A DNA stretch of 64,000 bases from the NCBI GenBank assembly GCA_045537095.1, contig JAZSOV010000129.1:24665-88664 (forward strand). The letters are read 5' to 3'. Made by a program: the position numbers and the translations under genes. Every line of letters begins with the position of its first letter. The stretch's first letter is position 1. This document shows positions 7,403 through 16,540 of this stretch, piece after piece. Origin of the DNA: Alistipes sp. (GTDB taxonomy: Bacteria > Bacteroidota > Bacteroidia > Bacteroidales > Rikenellaceae). The notes beneath the pieces are model-generated. The model ran no database searches. It saw only the letters and a list, made by a program, of their open reading frames with translations, and had not been told where the DNA came from.

Positions 7403-9961
7403 ATGAAGAAGCGTAGATATGTCGATTGGTCTATTTTGTTATTGTGCATTATAGGCTTTATGATAGAGTTTCTATCTACATCAATAGTGGCAGATATTAC
7501 GGTGTATGTATTAGGATGTTTTGGTATCCTCTATTGCTTGTGCTGCATAGTGGTATTTTGCTACCCGATTAGACGCGATTGGATCTTGGCGAAAGGGAAT
7601 TTTCTGATAAAGGTTCTGAATTTCGTGTTATTGATTCCATTTGTTCTTGCATCTGTTTTCAATTGGATAGATAAGCGAGAGTCAGATCCGCGAAATCTGC
7701 TATTCGATGAAAATCTGTATACATACAGCAAAGCAAGCGTTGATACATTAGGCGTATCACGAATGTCCATATTCAAAGATCCTCTGTTTTTGGATATTCA
7801 CGACCTGGAAACAATCAACGATTCGGTTGTTATACGGAGAAGTAAATTGCCGAAATATGGAGTTGCAGAGCAGAGAGATCCATCTCTATTTTGGACTGTC
7901 TACTGCCACTTTATGGATTCGGGCAATCAACATATGGCTGCATCGGAAACCGGCAGAAAAAGGGCTGCGCTGATTGCTATCTTGGGTTTTCTCCTTATGA
8001 ACGGATTGTTGATATCGACCTTGATCGATTGGTTTGACCGCCGCCGCGATTTGTGGATTAGAGGAGAGATAAGTTATAGGTTTTTCAAGCGCAGATTTCG
8101 CCTGTCAAAGCACTATGTAGTCATTGGTGGCGGCGATGTGGTTGTTGGTATTGTTGAACAGTTGCTGTGCAGGAGGAATAAGCGTGGCTTGCCATATATT
8201 GTAGTCCAAACATCGGGCGATGTGGATGCTCTTCGCCGCCGACTCTTCTCGACATTGACAGAGCCGCAACAACGACACATCGTGCTATACTATGGCAGCA
8301 GTACCTCGGAGGAGGATCTGTGGAGGTTGGGACTCAATAATGCCGAAGAGGTATATATCTTGGGAGAGGATGCCGGTTCTGACGATGTCGATTCCTACCA
8401 CGATACCCTGAATATGGAGTGTCTTAAACTCTTGCAAAAATTGTATATGCAAACCTCTAATGGCGAGAGGATTACAGCAAAACTCGGAGAGGTTAACGAG
8501 CTTAAAGCGAAGTTCCGCATGGCGGGGGCGAGTGCGCAAAGCAAGGCTGAGGCGAAGGCGAAGGCGGCGGTAAAAGCGTTGCGAGAGGTGGCTGATAATG
8601 CCGAACTTGACCGCTGGTGGGGAGAGCGACCTCGACTCAAATGCCGTGTGATGTTCGAATATCAAACAACATTCTCTGTATTCCAATTCTTTGACATGGA
8701 TGAGCAGATAGGTACCTACATAGATTTCAAGCCGTTTAACTACTATGAAATGTGGGCTCAGAAGGTGCTTATCAATCGAGAGGTGGAACAGAGTGTTATA
8801 GAGAATAGATTTAAACAAATGAGGGGCTATCTGCCACTCGAAGGCAGTGAGGGTATAGCGCAAGATTCGGACGACTATGTACACCTCTTTATTGTCGGTA
8901 TGTCGCGAATGGGTGTAGCCATGGGTATCGAGGCTGCCCATTTAGCTCACTATCCAAACTATACCGAGCAGAGGCCGATACGCACCAAGATAACATTTAT
9001 AGATGCGAATGCCGACAGCGAGAAAGATTTCTTTATTGGCAGATTTAAAGATCTGTTTAATCTTTCGCATTGGCGTTACGGTGCAGCCAAAGAGGGAACG
9101 CTCGTATGGGAGAAGGTCAATGCTCCGCAATACGATATGTGTAACCACATAGGCGGAGACTTCCTCGATATTGAGTGGGAGTTTGTTGGTGGTGGTGTGG
9201 AGCAGAGTGCCATACAGGATTATATCCTATCGTCTGCCGATACCAATGCCAAGGTTACGATTGCGATATGTTTGCCTGAGTCGAATAGGGCGCATGCGAC
9301 AGCTCTCTATCTGAACAGGAAGATATATGAATCCGACAGAATTCTGCAAGTGCTGGTGTATAATCGTAATGGTAGCGCAATTATCAATGCTATCGGCGCG
9401 AATAATTTGCACCATCCATACCTCGGCAAGTTGAGAAGTTTCGGGTGTGCAACCGAATGCATGGTAATAAACCATGTGGATATTAGTGAGTATATAGGCA
9501 ATCAAATCGATAGAGCTTACAACGGAGGTAAAGAGGAGTATGCCATCGAAGAGGAGAAGGAGTATGGTGGCAAGTCGAAGGAGGCGATGCGTTGGTCGAG
9601 TATCTACAATGGCAATACAATTTGGACCAAGTTGCGTAGCATAGGTTTCAACCCTGACACGACTACTATTGATGAGGGGGCAATTCAGATATTGGCAGAT
9701 GTCGAACACAACCGATGGAATGTTGAGGAGTTGCTGATGAACTTCCGCCCACTCACTGCGACCGAACAGGCTGATGTGGTTGCCGGAAAGGTTACAAAGG
9801 ATCAGAAGAAGTCAGAGATGGCCCATTTGAACATTTGCTCTAACAGAGGACTGTTAGAGATAGATGCAGCATCTCAGGAGTATGATAAAACTCTCACCTC
9901 CGTACTTGGCGACATTTACCACAAGGTAAAGATGATGGACGAAACCACCGCACGAGATTGA
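7403..9961 (+). CDS. Ion-channel-like protein: TM segments + CASTOR/POLLUX-like pore + two RCK/Rossmann-like domains + C-terminal RyR domain
   Basis: Pore helix/filter LFWTVYCHFMDSGNQH followed by a TM helix; Rossmann motifs HYVVIGGG and HLFIVGMSRMG; RyR-like LADVEHNRWNVE...AHLNI...EYD. Confidence 0.75.
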   Translation: MKKRRYVDWSILLLCIIGFMIEFLSTSIVADITVYVLGCFGILYCLCCIVVFCYPIRRDWILAKGNFLIKVLNFVLLIPFVLASVFNWIDKRESDPRNLLFDENLYTYSKASVDTLGVSRMSIFKDPLFLDIHDLETINDSVVIRRSKLPKYGVAEQRDPSLFWTVYCHFMDSGNQHMAASETGRKRAALIAILGFLLMNGLLISTLIDWFDRRRDLWIRGEISYRFFKRRFRLSKHYVVIGGGDVVVGIVEQLLCRRNKRGLPYIVVQTSGDVDALRRRLFSTLTEPQQRHIVLYYGSSTSEEDLWRLGLNNAEEVYILGEDAGSDDVDSYHDTLNMECLKLLQKLYMQTSNGERITAKLGEVNELKAKFRMAGASAQSKAEAKAKAAVKALREVADNAELDRWWGERPRLKCRVMFEYQTTFSVFQFFDMDEQIGTYIDFKPFNYYEMWAQKVLINREVEQSVIENRFKQMRGYLPLEGSEGIAQDSDDYVHLFIVGMSRMGVAMGIEAAHLAHYPNYTEQRPIRTKITFIDANADSEKDFFIGRFKDLFNLSHWRYGAAKEGTLVWEKVNAPQYDMCNHIGGDFLDIEWEFVGGGVEQSAIQDYILSSADTNAKVTIAICLPESNRAHATALYLNRKIYESDRILQVLVYNRNGSAIINAIGANNLHHPYLGKLRSFGCATECMVINHVDISEYIGNQIDRAYNGGKEEYAIEEEKEYGGKSKEAMRWSSIYNGNTIWTKLRSIGFNPDTTTIDEGAIQILADVEHNRWNVEELLMNFRPLTATEQADVVAGKVTKDQKKSEMAHLNICSNRGLLEIDAASQEYDKTLTSVLGDIYHKVKMMDETTARD

Positions 9962-10004
9962 TAGCTCAACAAATAATTGAGATTTGCTTTACTGCAAATA
10001 GATA

Positions 10005-10913
10005 ATGTTGAAAATAATTGATTATGAAGCAGCAATGATTAAACCTTCCGAATTTATACATCCTCACGATGCGGCGGCGTTGCGGCAGCTGGAAAATATA
10101 CCGGGATTTCCTACCCTTGTGAAGAAGATCCTTCAATTGGGATTGGAGCAGATGCGATATGGCGTAAATATGGCTTCAAATATACGATTGTCGCCTACGC
10201 AGTTGCCCGAACTATACAACCATCTACCTCCTATCTGCGAGAAACTCGGCATACCGGAGCCGGAGTTCTATTTGGAGATGAACCCTATGCCTAACGCCTA
10301 TACCTATGGCGATAGCCGAATCTTCATAACCATAACATCCGGACTTGTCGATTTGTTGGACGATGAGGAGTTGGATGCCGTGATTGCCCACGAGTGCGGC
10401 CATATATTGTGCCGTCATGTGCTATACCATAGTGTTGCCGTAGAGATTTTGCGCGGAGCAGACCAATTGGGTTTTCTCGGAAGCTTGTCGCTCCCGATTC
10501 AACTCGCCATACTGCATTGGTATCGTATGAGCGAACTCTCATGCGACAGATGTGGCAGTATCATAACCTCGCCGGCGGTTGTTGCCCGTACCATGGCTCG
10601 ACTTGCCGGAGGACCGAAGAGCATCACCGCAGAACTCAATATGGCGGAGTGGGCAAAACAGGCAGACAGGTACGAGGCAATTCGTAATGATGGCTTGTGG
10701 AATAAGTCGCTCCAACTCTATGTAACTCTCGGCCTCGATCACCCATTTAATGCAGTGCGAGTGCGTGAAATACTTAATTGGGAGCAGAGCGAGCAGTATA
10801 AAAACCTGATGCGAAATTTGGAAATGGGTGGCGCAGGAAAGAGGTGCCAAAGATGCAATCGCGTGGTATCTTCCGATTGGGCATATTGTAAATATTGCGG
10901 AGCGAAACTATAA
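10005..10913 (+). CDS. M48 (Ste24/HtpX-like) zinc metallopeptidase with C-terminal zinc ribbon
   Basis: PNAYT, AHECGH (HExxH), ELSCDR, DHP motifs; terminal CQRC...YCKYCG. Alternative start at 10035. Confidence 0.9.
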   Translation: MLKIIDYEAAMIKPSEFIHPHDAAALRQLENIPGFPTLVKKILQLGLEQMRYGVNMASNIRLSPTQLPELYNHLPPICEKLGIPEPEFYLEMNPMPNAYTYGDSRIFITITSGLVDLLDDEELDAVIAHECGHILCRHVLYHSVAVEILRGADQLGFLGSLSLPIQLAILHWYRMSELSCDRCGSIITSPAVVARTMARLAGGPKSITAELNMAEWAKQADRYEAIRNDGLWNKSLQLYVTLGLDHPFNAVRVREILNWEQSEQYKNLMRNLEMGGAGKRCQRCNRVVSSDWAYCKYCGAKL

Positions 10914-10927
10914 ATTGCTATATTAAA

Positions 10928-13525
10928 ATGGAATACACATATCACTATTACGCTTTTATAAGTTATGCTACAACCGATTCGAAATGGGCGAAGTGGTTGC
11001 AGCATCAGCTATCCTATTATCATATTCCATCTTCGGTTCGTAAAAGTCAGATTGGTATACCTCAAAAGTTGCGCCCAATCTTTATTTACGAGTACGATTT
11101 GTCTGGAAACCGACTGCACGAAGCTCTGCAGCAAGAGTTGCAGGCATCGAAGTATTTGATTGTCATTTGCAGCCCTGCATCAGCCAAATCAAAATATGTA
11201 AATGATGAAATTGTGGAGTTTATTCGCGAGGGGCGCGAAGATTATATCATCCCGTTTATTGTCGGAGGCGAGGTAAACGCCTCTGATCCTGCTAAAGAGT
11301 GTTTCCCTCCTGCACTGCGCGAATTAGTATCTAAAACAGAGTTGCGCGGTGCTGATGTAGCAACCAACGGTAAGCAACACGCTTTGGTAGATGTTGTTGC
11401 CACTATGTTGGGTGTAAGGCGAGATCTTTTGTGGAATCGCTATAAGATACGCCAAAGGAAACAGCGAATTGCTATGTGTGCCGCTGCGATTTTCGCTATT
11501 CTTTGCGCTCTATTCTATTGGGACTATACACGCCCGACATATCACTATTTTGCTGATTATGTTGATGTTTGGGGCGCGCCAAAGGGAATTATCGAACTCG
11601 ATAAAGAGCAGGTAAAGCATCGTAATCACTCCTATCGCTTTGAAATGCGTCGTATTCCAATTGGTCAACCTAATGCATATAGTTGGCGTTTAGCTAAGGT
11701 TGCCAATATCAATTCTGCCGGTAATCCTAAGGAGATAGAAGAGACTGCCTTCAATGACAGATATCCGGTTACGGAGCTTGTTTATCATCCTGAAAATGGT
11801 AGTTTGACCGATATTATTTATTGTGATACTAAGGGTAAAAAACAACTCTCGCACAAACTTTCAAACTATAATGGAGTTGCTGCAGCAATTGTGGATATAG
11901 AGAGTACTGTAGCGGGTGAAGCAACTACATTTGCCAAAAACATTACGAATATAGGATCGGATAAGAATGATCGAAAATCACGCATTACTCGCTACGCATA
12001 TAGCCGTAACGAGGATGGATATATCACCAAGGTAACCTATCACGCCAACAATGATGTAAATTTGGAACGAAGTGCTGTTGCCGATAATAATGCTGTTTGG
12101 GGCATTGCATACAAATTAGACTCGTTGGGGCGTCGTATTCATGTTCAATATCTAAATAAAGATGGCTCATATTTTAGCAACAATATAGGCGTGTCGGCTC
12201 GTTGTTATCAATATGATAATAACGGAAATATGCTTATTGAAACAAGTGTAGATATCAACGGTAATCCAATATTAAATGAATATCTTGTAGCGAAATATAT
12301 TTCCAAATATGATGAGCGAGGAAATGTAACAGAGGTATCATATTATGGAATAGATGGCAATCCGTGTTTGATTAATGATGGCTATGCCAAATGGGTTGCA
12401 AAATATGATGATCGAGGTAACGAAACCGAAACATCATATTATGGAATAGATGGAAAACCGTGTTTGCATAAAGATGGCTATGCCAAATGGGGTTCAAAAT
12501 ATGATGATCGAGGTAACCGAACAGAGATATCATGCTATGGAATAGATGGCAATCCGTGTTTGGCTAATGATGGCTTTGCCAAATTGGTTGCCAAATATGA
12601 TGAGCGAGGTAACCTAACAGAGTCGTCATTCTATGGAATAGATGGAAAACCTTGTTTGCATAAAGACGGCAATGCCAAATGGGTTTCAAAATATGATGAG
12701 CGAGGAAATGAAATAGAGAGGTCATTCTATGGAATAGATGGCAATCCGTGTTTGAGCAATTATGGCTTTGCAAAATACATTGCAAAATATGATGAGCGAG
12801 GTAATCAAACAGAGGAATCATACTATGGAATAGATGGCAATCCGTGTTTGGCTAATGATGGCTTTGCCAAATTGGTTGCCAAATATGATGAGCGAGGAAA
12901 TGAAATAGAGAGGTCATATTACGGAATAGATGACAAACCGTGTTTGCATAAAGATGGTAACGCAAAATGGGTTTCAAAATATGATGATCGAGGTAACCGA
13001 ACAGAGATATCATGCTATGGAATAGATGGCAATCTATGTTTGTGCAATTATGGCTATGCCAAATGGGTTGCAAAATATGATGATCGAGGTAACGAAACCG
13101 AAACATCATATTATGGAATAGATGGAAAACCTTGTTTGCATAAAGACGGCAATGCCAAATGGGTTTCAAATTATGATGAGCGAGGAAATAAAATAGAGAG
13201 GTCATTCTATGGAATAGATGGCAATCTATGTTTGTGCAATTATGGTTATGCCAAATGGGTTGCAAAATATGATGAGCGAGGAAATGAAATAGAGAAGTCA
13301 TTCTATGGAATAGATGGCAATCCGTGTTTGAGCAAAGAGGGCATTGCCAAATGGGTTCTAAAATATGATGATCGAGGTATCCTAACAGAGGTATCACTCT
13401 ATGGAATAGACGGGGCTCCGTGTTTGAGCATATTCGGTTATGCGAAAGCGACAATTAGTGCTCGTGGAGTAACTTACTACGATGAAAAAAATAATGATAT
13501 AACATATAAATTTACAAACCAATAA
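10928..13525 (+). CDS. TIR-domain membrane protein with extracytoplasmic YD/RHS-like tandem repeats
   Basis: N-terminal AFISY...LIVICSPASAKSKYVNDEI (TIR, catalytic-position Glu present), one TM helix (IAMCAAAIFAILCALFYW), then 32-aa repeats. Start set at MEYTY. Confidence 0.85.
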   Translation: MEYTYHYYAFISYATTDSKWAKWLQHQLSYYHIPSSVRKSQIGIPQKLRPIFIYEYDLSGNRLHEALQQELQASKYLIVICSPASAKSKYVNDEIVEFIREGREDYIIPFIVGGEVNASDPAKECFPPALRELVSKTELRGADVATNGKQHALVDVVATMLGVRRDLLWNRYKIRQRKQRIAMCAAAIFAILCALFYWDYTRPTYHYFADYVDVWGAPKGIIELDKEQVKHRNHSYRFEMRRIPIGQPNAYSWRLAKVANINSAGNPKEIEETAFNDRYPVTELVYHPENGSLTDIIYCDTKGKKQLSHKLSNYNGVAAAIVDIESTVAGEATTFAKNITNIGSDKNDRKSRITRYAYSRNEDGYITKVTYHANNDVNLERSAVADNNAVWGIAYKLDSLGRRIHVQYLNKDGSYFSNNIGVSARCYQYDNNGNMLIETSVDINGNPILNEYLVAKYISKYDERGNVTEVSYYGIDGNPCLINDGYAKWVAKYDDRGNETETSYYGIDGKPCLHKDGYAKWGSKYDDRGNRTEISCYGIDGNPCLANDGFAKLVAKYDERGNLTESSFYGIDGKPCLHKDGNAKWVSKYDERGNEIERSFYGIDGNPCLSNYGFAKYIAKYDERGNQTEESYYGIDGNPCLANDGFAKLVAKYDERGNEIERSYYGIDDKPCLHKDGNAKWVSKYDDRGNRTEISCYGIDGNLCLCNYGYAKWVAKYDDRGNETETSYYGIDGKPCLHKDGNAKWVSNYDERGNKIERSFYGIDGNLCLCNYGYAKWVAKYDERGNEIEKSFYGIDGNPCLSKEGIAKWVLKYDDRGILTEVSLYGIDGAPCLSIFGYAKATISARGVTYYDEKNNDITYKFTNQ
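12305..13456 (+). repeat. 12 tandem 96-nt (32-aa) coding repeats
   Basis: Unit KYD(E/D)RGNxxExSxYGIDGxPCLxxxGxAKxxx recurs at exact 96-nt spacing (12305, 12401, ...). Confidence 0.95.
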
Positions 13526-13536
13526 TATTTAGCACT

Positions 13537-13821
13537 ATGTTTTTCAACGAAGAAGGAGTCTTGAATATTGACGAGATGGTTGTCAATAATGCATCTTTCA
13601 AGAGTATGATGGAGGATGGCGCAATCTCCGATGAGGAGATTAAGGCGCAGTCCGATAAGGTGGTAGCAATACTTCGCGATATGGAGTCAAAGTACAACGA
13701 AGAGCAACTTGCCGAGATTAAGAACTTGCTTGTCGAGTCAAGCGTATTGTACGCTGCGTATAATTTTTATTCAATTCAGAACATTAACACAAGTAATAGT
13801 TATGGCAACTTTCAGCACTAA
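13537..13821 (+). CDS. Small acidic helical protein with a TerB/EF-hand-like DGAISDEE motif
   Basis: 94-aa ORF tightly packed in the operon; the motif is only a partial match. Confidence 0.6.
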   Translation: MFFNEEGVLNIDEMVVNNASFKSMMEDGAISDEEIKAQSDKVVAILRDMESKYNEEQLAEIKNLLVESSVLYAAYNFYSIQNINTSNSYGNFQH

Positions 13822-14308
13822 ACAGATTCTATACGGCTCGGCATCTTTGATTCCGACTATTGCAAGTCGCATTCAGGAGGAGTTTCAGAAGGAGGGCTAC
13901 GAAGTGGTGGTTGATGCGTTGAGTAGTGGAGGTTGTGATATATCCATTACAAAAGGTGGATTATTCAAGGCTGTGTTGGGAATGAAGACGGCATTGAAAG
14001 TTACCCTTCTTCCACAGGGTGGTAATATACACTTTGAGGCCGGCGTAGGAATTTGGGGACAGCAGGCTATACCGACCATTATCTCCATGTTCTTCTTTTG
14101 GCCTGTTCTGATAACTCAGGTTTGGGGCATAATCGAACAGTCGAAACTCGATGACAAAGCGTTGGAAATAGCCAATGATATACTTGCTACGAATAATAAT
14201 CACCATGCGCATCCAACAATCTCCGATATGGGCAGGTTCTGCACGAGTTGTGGTGCTCAGAATGCGGACGATTCCAACTTCTGTTGCAAATGCGGTAAAC
14301 CTCTTTAA
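13802..14308 (+). CDS. Membrane protein with C-terminal double zinc ribbon
   Basis: Start MATFS; hydrophobic segment IPTIISMFFFWPVLI; FCTSCG...FCCKCG. Confidence 0.8.
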   Translation: MATFSTKQILYGSASLIPTIASRIQEEFQKEGYEVVVDALSSGGCDISITKGGLFKAVLGMKTALKVTLLPQGGNIHFEAGVGIWGQQAIPTIISMFFFWPVLITQVWGIIEQSKLDDKALEIANDILATNNNHHAHPTISDMGRFCTSCGAQNADDSNFCCKCGKPL

Positions 14309-14319
14309 TATTTAGTGAC

Positions 14320-16530
14320 ATGCTATTGTATCAGATTTGGGATTTTATTGTAAAGTTCTGGCACGAGAAGTTTCAAGGCATACTATTGGTTTGGGGACAG
14401 CCGTGCGGGGATGCAAACTCTCTTGAATGGGGCAGTTTGGGCTATTGGATGCTCTTTTTCATCCTCTTTGCAATTGCGTTAGTCTGCTTATTGTGTAAGT
14501 CCAAGATGATAAAGAGACTCTCAAAACACATACTGCTGTTGTCGTTTATAGTATGGGCTCTGGGCGTATTTATCTACATCATAGGATTCTACAATAACGG
14601 TGTGAATGGTCTGTCGGTAACTCTTCGAGCAATCATCTCCTCGTTTAAGATGTTTGTTGTATCGCATGATTTGGCGCGTGTTCTCAAAGTTTTGCAGACC
14701 AATATCTGGTATATGACAGCCTTCTCCATTGTTCACTTTGCGGCCGCCTTCATAACATTCTTGTTTATCTTCAAGATGTTGGGCTACAAGATTAGATCAT
14801 CGTGGAATCTGTTTTGGCATAGACGCTCGTATAGCTCGAAGGGGAGAGTTGTCCATATATTTTGGGGTGTTAATGAGGCCTCGTGCCTGCTCGCCGAGAG
14901 CATACGCCGAAACCATGCGACCGAAACAATCATATTTATTGATATAGATAAGGAGCATAACGACAATTCGCAGAGGAAACTTACGCTGAATCAGATAACC
15001 AATATCGTTACCATAAGCAATAGCGAGGCAGAGCGCCTGGATGAGATAGGAGCTTTTGTGGATCACTGCTATAATGGCCCGTCCGCGCTTAAGGATGAGG
15101 ATAATGCGGATATCTTTGGCAGTCTGAATTTGAACAATATCGGAGGTATTGTAGAGAAGAGCGCGACCGCAAACTTCTACTTCCTATCCGATAATGAGGA
15201 TGAGAATGTTACAGGCGCATTGAACTTGCAAAGAGATAGGCGGTTTAGTTCGATGGACTGTTCGAAGTGTACCATTTATGTACACGCTCGCCGTGATGCC
15301 AACAACGAGATTCTGGACCACTATTCGCAATACGATGGAGAGGCGCATCGCATCCCAACCAAGATTATAGACTCGGCCTATTTGGCAATCACCACCTTGA
15401 AAAACGAAGACAGGGCCTTGCCGGTGAATTGTGTTAAAATCAACAAATCGACAGGATTGGTCGATTCTCCTTTCTCGGCTTTGATAGTTGGTTTTGGCAG
15501 CACAGGTCAGGAAGCGTTCAAATTCTTGTATGAGTACTCTGCGTTTATTGGTTCCGACATGAAAAGGAGTCCGTTCAAGTGCTACGCAATTGACGAGAAG
15601 ATGAACAAGATAGCGGGACTTATTCGTGCGAAGATGCCCGATATTGGCGAGGATGAACTCGAACTCATTCAGACCATGGTAGACTCCGAGGAGTTCTGGA
15701 ATAGGGTGGCCACCATAATAGACGACCTGAATTATGTGGTGATAGCTCTTAATAACGATACTCTGGGTTTATCTCTTGCCGTTAATTTGTTTAAGTACTC
15801 TTTGAAAAGTCGATCGGCGAGACTTCCGATGCTCAAAATTATGGTCAGATGCTATGACAATAGCAATGAGAGGCGAATGACAGAGGTTATAAGCAATCTT
15901 AATCACTCCATCGAGGGCAGCAATATAGAGATTGTTCTGTTCGGTACGGAGGCAGAGTTGTATAGTTGTGATACTATATTGTCGGACAAGACCTTATTGC
16001 AGGCCAAGGAGTTCAACAGAGTTTACGAGAACTCACAATCGCCGGCCGAGGAGCAGTGGAATAAAAACTTTGGCGAGGCGGAGATCTCCCGATTGATGAC
16101 CGAGAAGAAGATGACGCGCTATCATGCCATATATGATATCAATCGTCGTATAGTTCAGAATATATCCAACTCGTATCATTGCCGTACCAAGATGATTTTG
16201 ATGGGTTTTGGCAAGGAGGAGTGTTCGGAACGACTGAGATTGTACTATGGTTATGTAAATGCCCGTGGTAAAGATAGTACGAAGTATAAATGCAATGAAG
16301 AGGATGCACAACTTCTTCTGAATATGGCAATGGTGGAACACGAACGCTGGATAGCCTCTCATCGCCTTTTAGGCTATACATATAGCCCGAAGAGCGACTG
16401 CGTGAGGAGGCATCATGAGTGCCTTTGCCCTTGGGAAAATCTCGATGAAAAGAGACAGTCTTACGACTGCAATGTAGTAGATACGACCATAAAATTGGCC
16501 TACGCATCCGCCAAGGAGAGCGATAAATAA
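14320..16530 (+). CDS. Second TM + RCK/Rossmann-like + RyR-domain channel-like protein
   Basis: Several N-terminal TM segments; HIFWG and ALIVGFGSTG Rossmann motifs; C-terminal MAMVEHERWIASHRLLGYTY...HECLCPWENL...SYD matches the stand-alone RyR protein. Confidence 0.8.
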   Translation: MLLYQIWDFIVKFWHEKFQGILLVWGQPCGDANSLEWGSLGYWMLFFILFAIALVCLLCKSKMIKRLSKHILLLSFIVWALGVFIYIIGFYNNGVNGLSVTLRAIISSFKMFVVSHDLARVLKVLQTNIWYMTAFSIVHFAAAFITFLFIFKMLGYKIRSSWNLFWHRRSYSSKGRVVHIFWGVNEASCLLAESIRRNHATETIIFIDIDKEHNDNSQRKLTLNQITNIVTISNSEAERLDEIGAFVDHCYNGPSALKDEDNADIFGSLNLNNIGGIVEKSATANFYFLSDNEDENVTGALNLQRDRRFSSMDCSKCTIYVHARRDANNEILDHYSQYDGEAHRIPTKIIDSAYLAITTLKNEDRALPVNCVKINKSTGLVDSPFSALIVGFGSTGQEAFKFLYEYSAFIGSDMKRSPFKCYAIDEKMNKIAGLIRAKMPDIGEDELELIQTMVDSEEFWNRVATIIDDLNYVVIALNNDTLGLSLAVNLFKYSLKSRSARLPMLKIMVRCYDNSNERRMTEVISNLNHSIEGSNIEIVLFGTEAELYSCDTILSDKTLLQAKEFNRVYENSQSPAEEQWNKNFGEAEISRLMTEKKMTRYHAIYDINRRIVQNISNSYHCRTKMILMGFGKEECSERLRLYYGYVNARGKDSTKYKCNEEDAQLLLNMAMVEHERWIASHRLLGYTYSPKSDCVRRHHECLCPWENLDEKRQSYDCNVVDTTIKLAYASAKESDK

Positions 16531-16540
16531 ATCTTGTATT

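Noticed and set aside
12305-13456. Regularly spaced repeats resembling a CRISPR array
   Set aside because: The 96-nt period is in frame within a protein, the 'spacers' are homologous to each other, and there are no cas genes.
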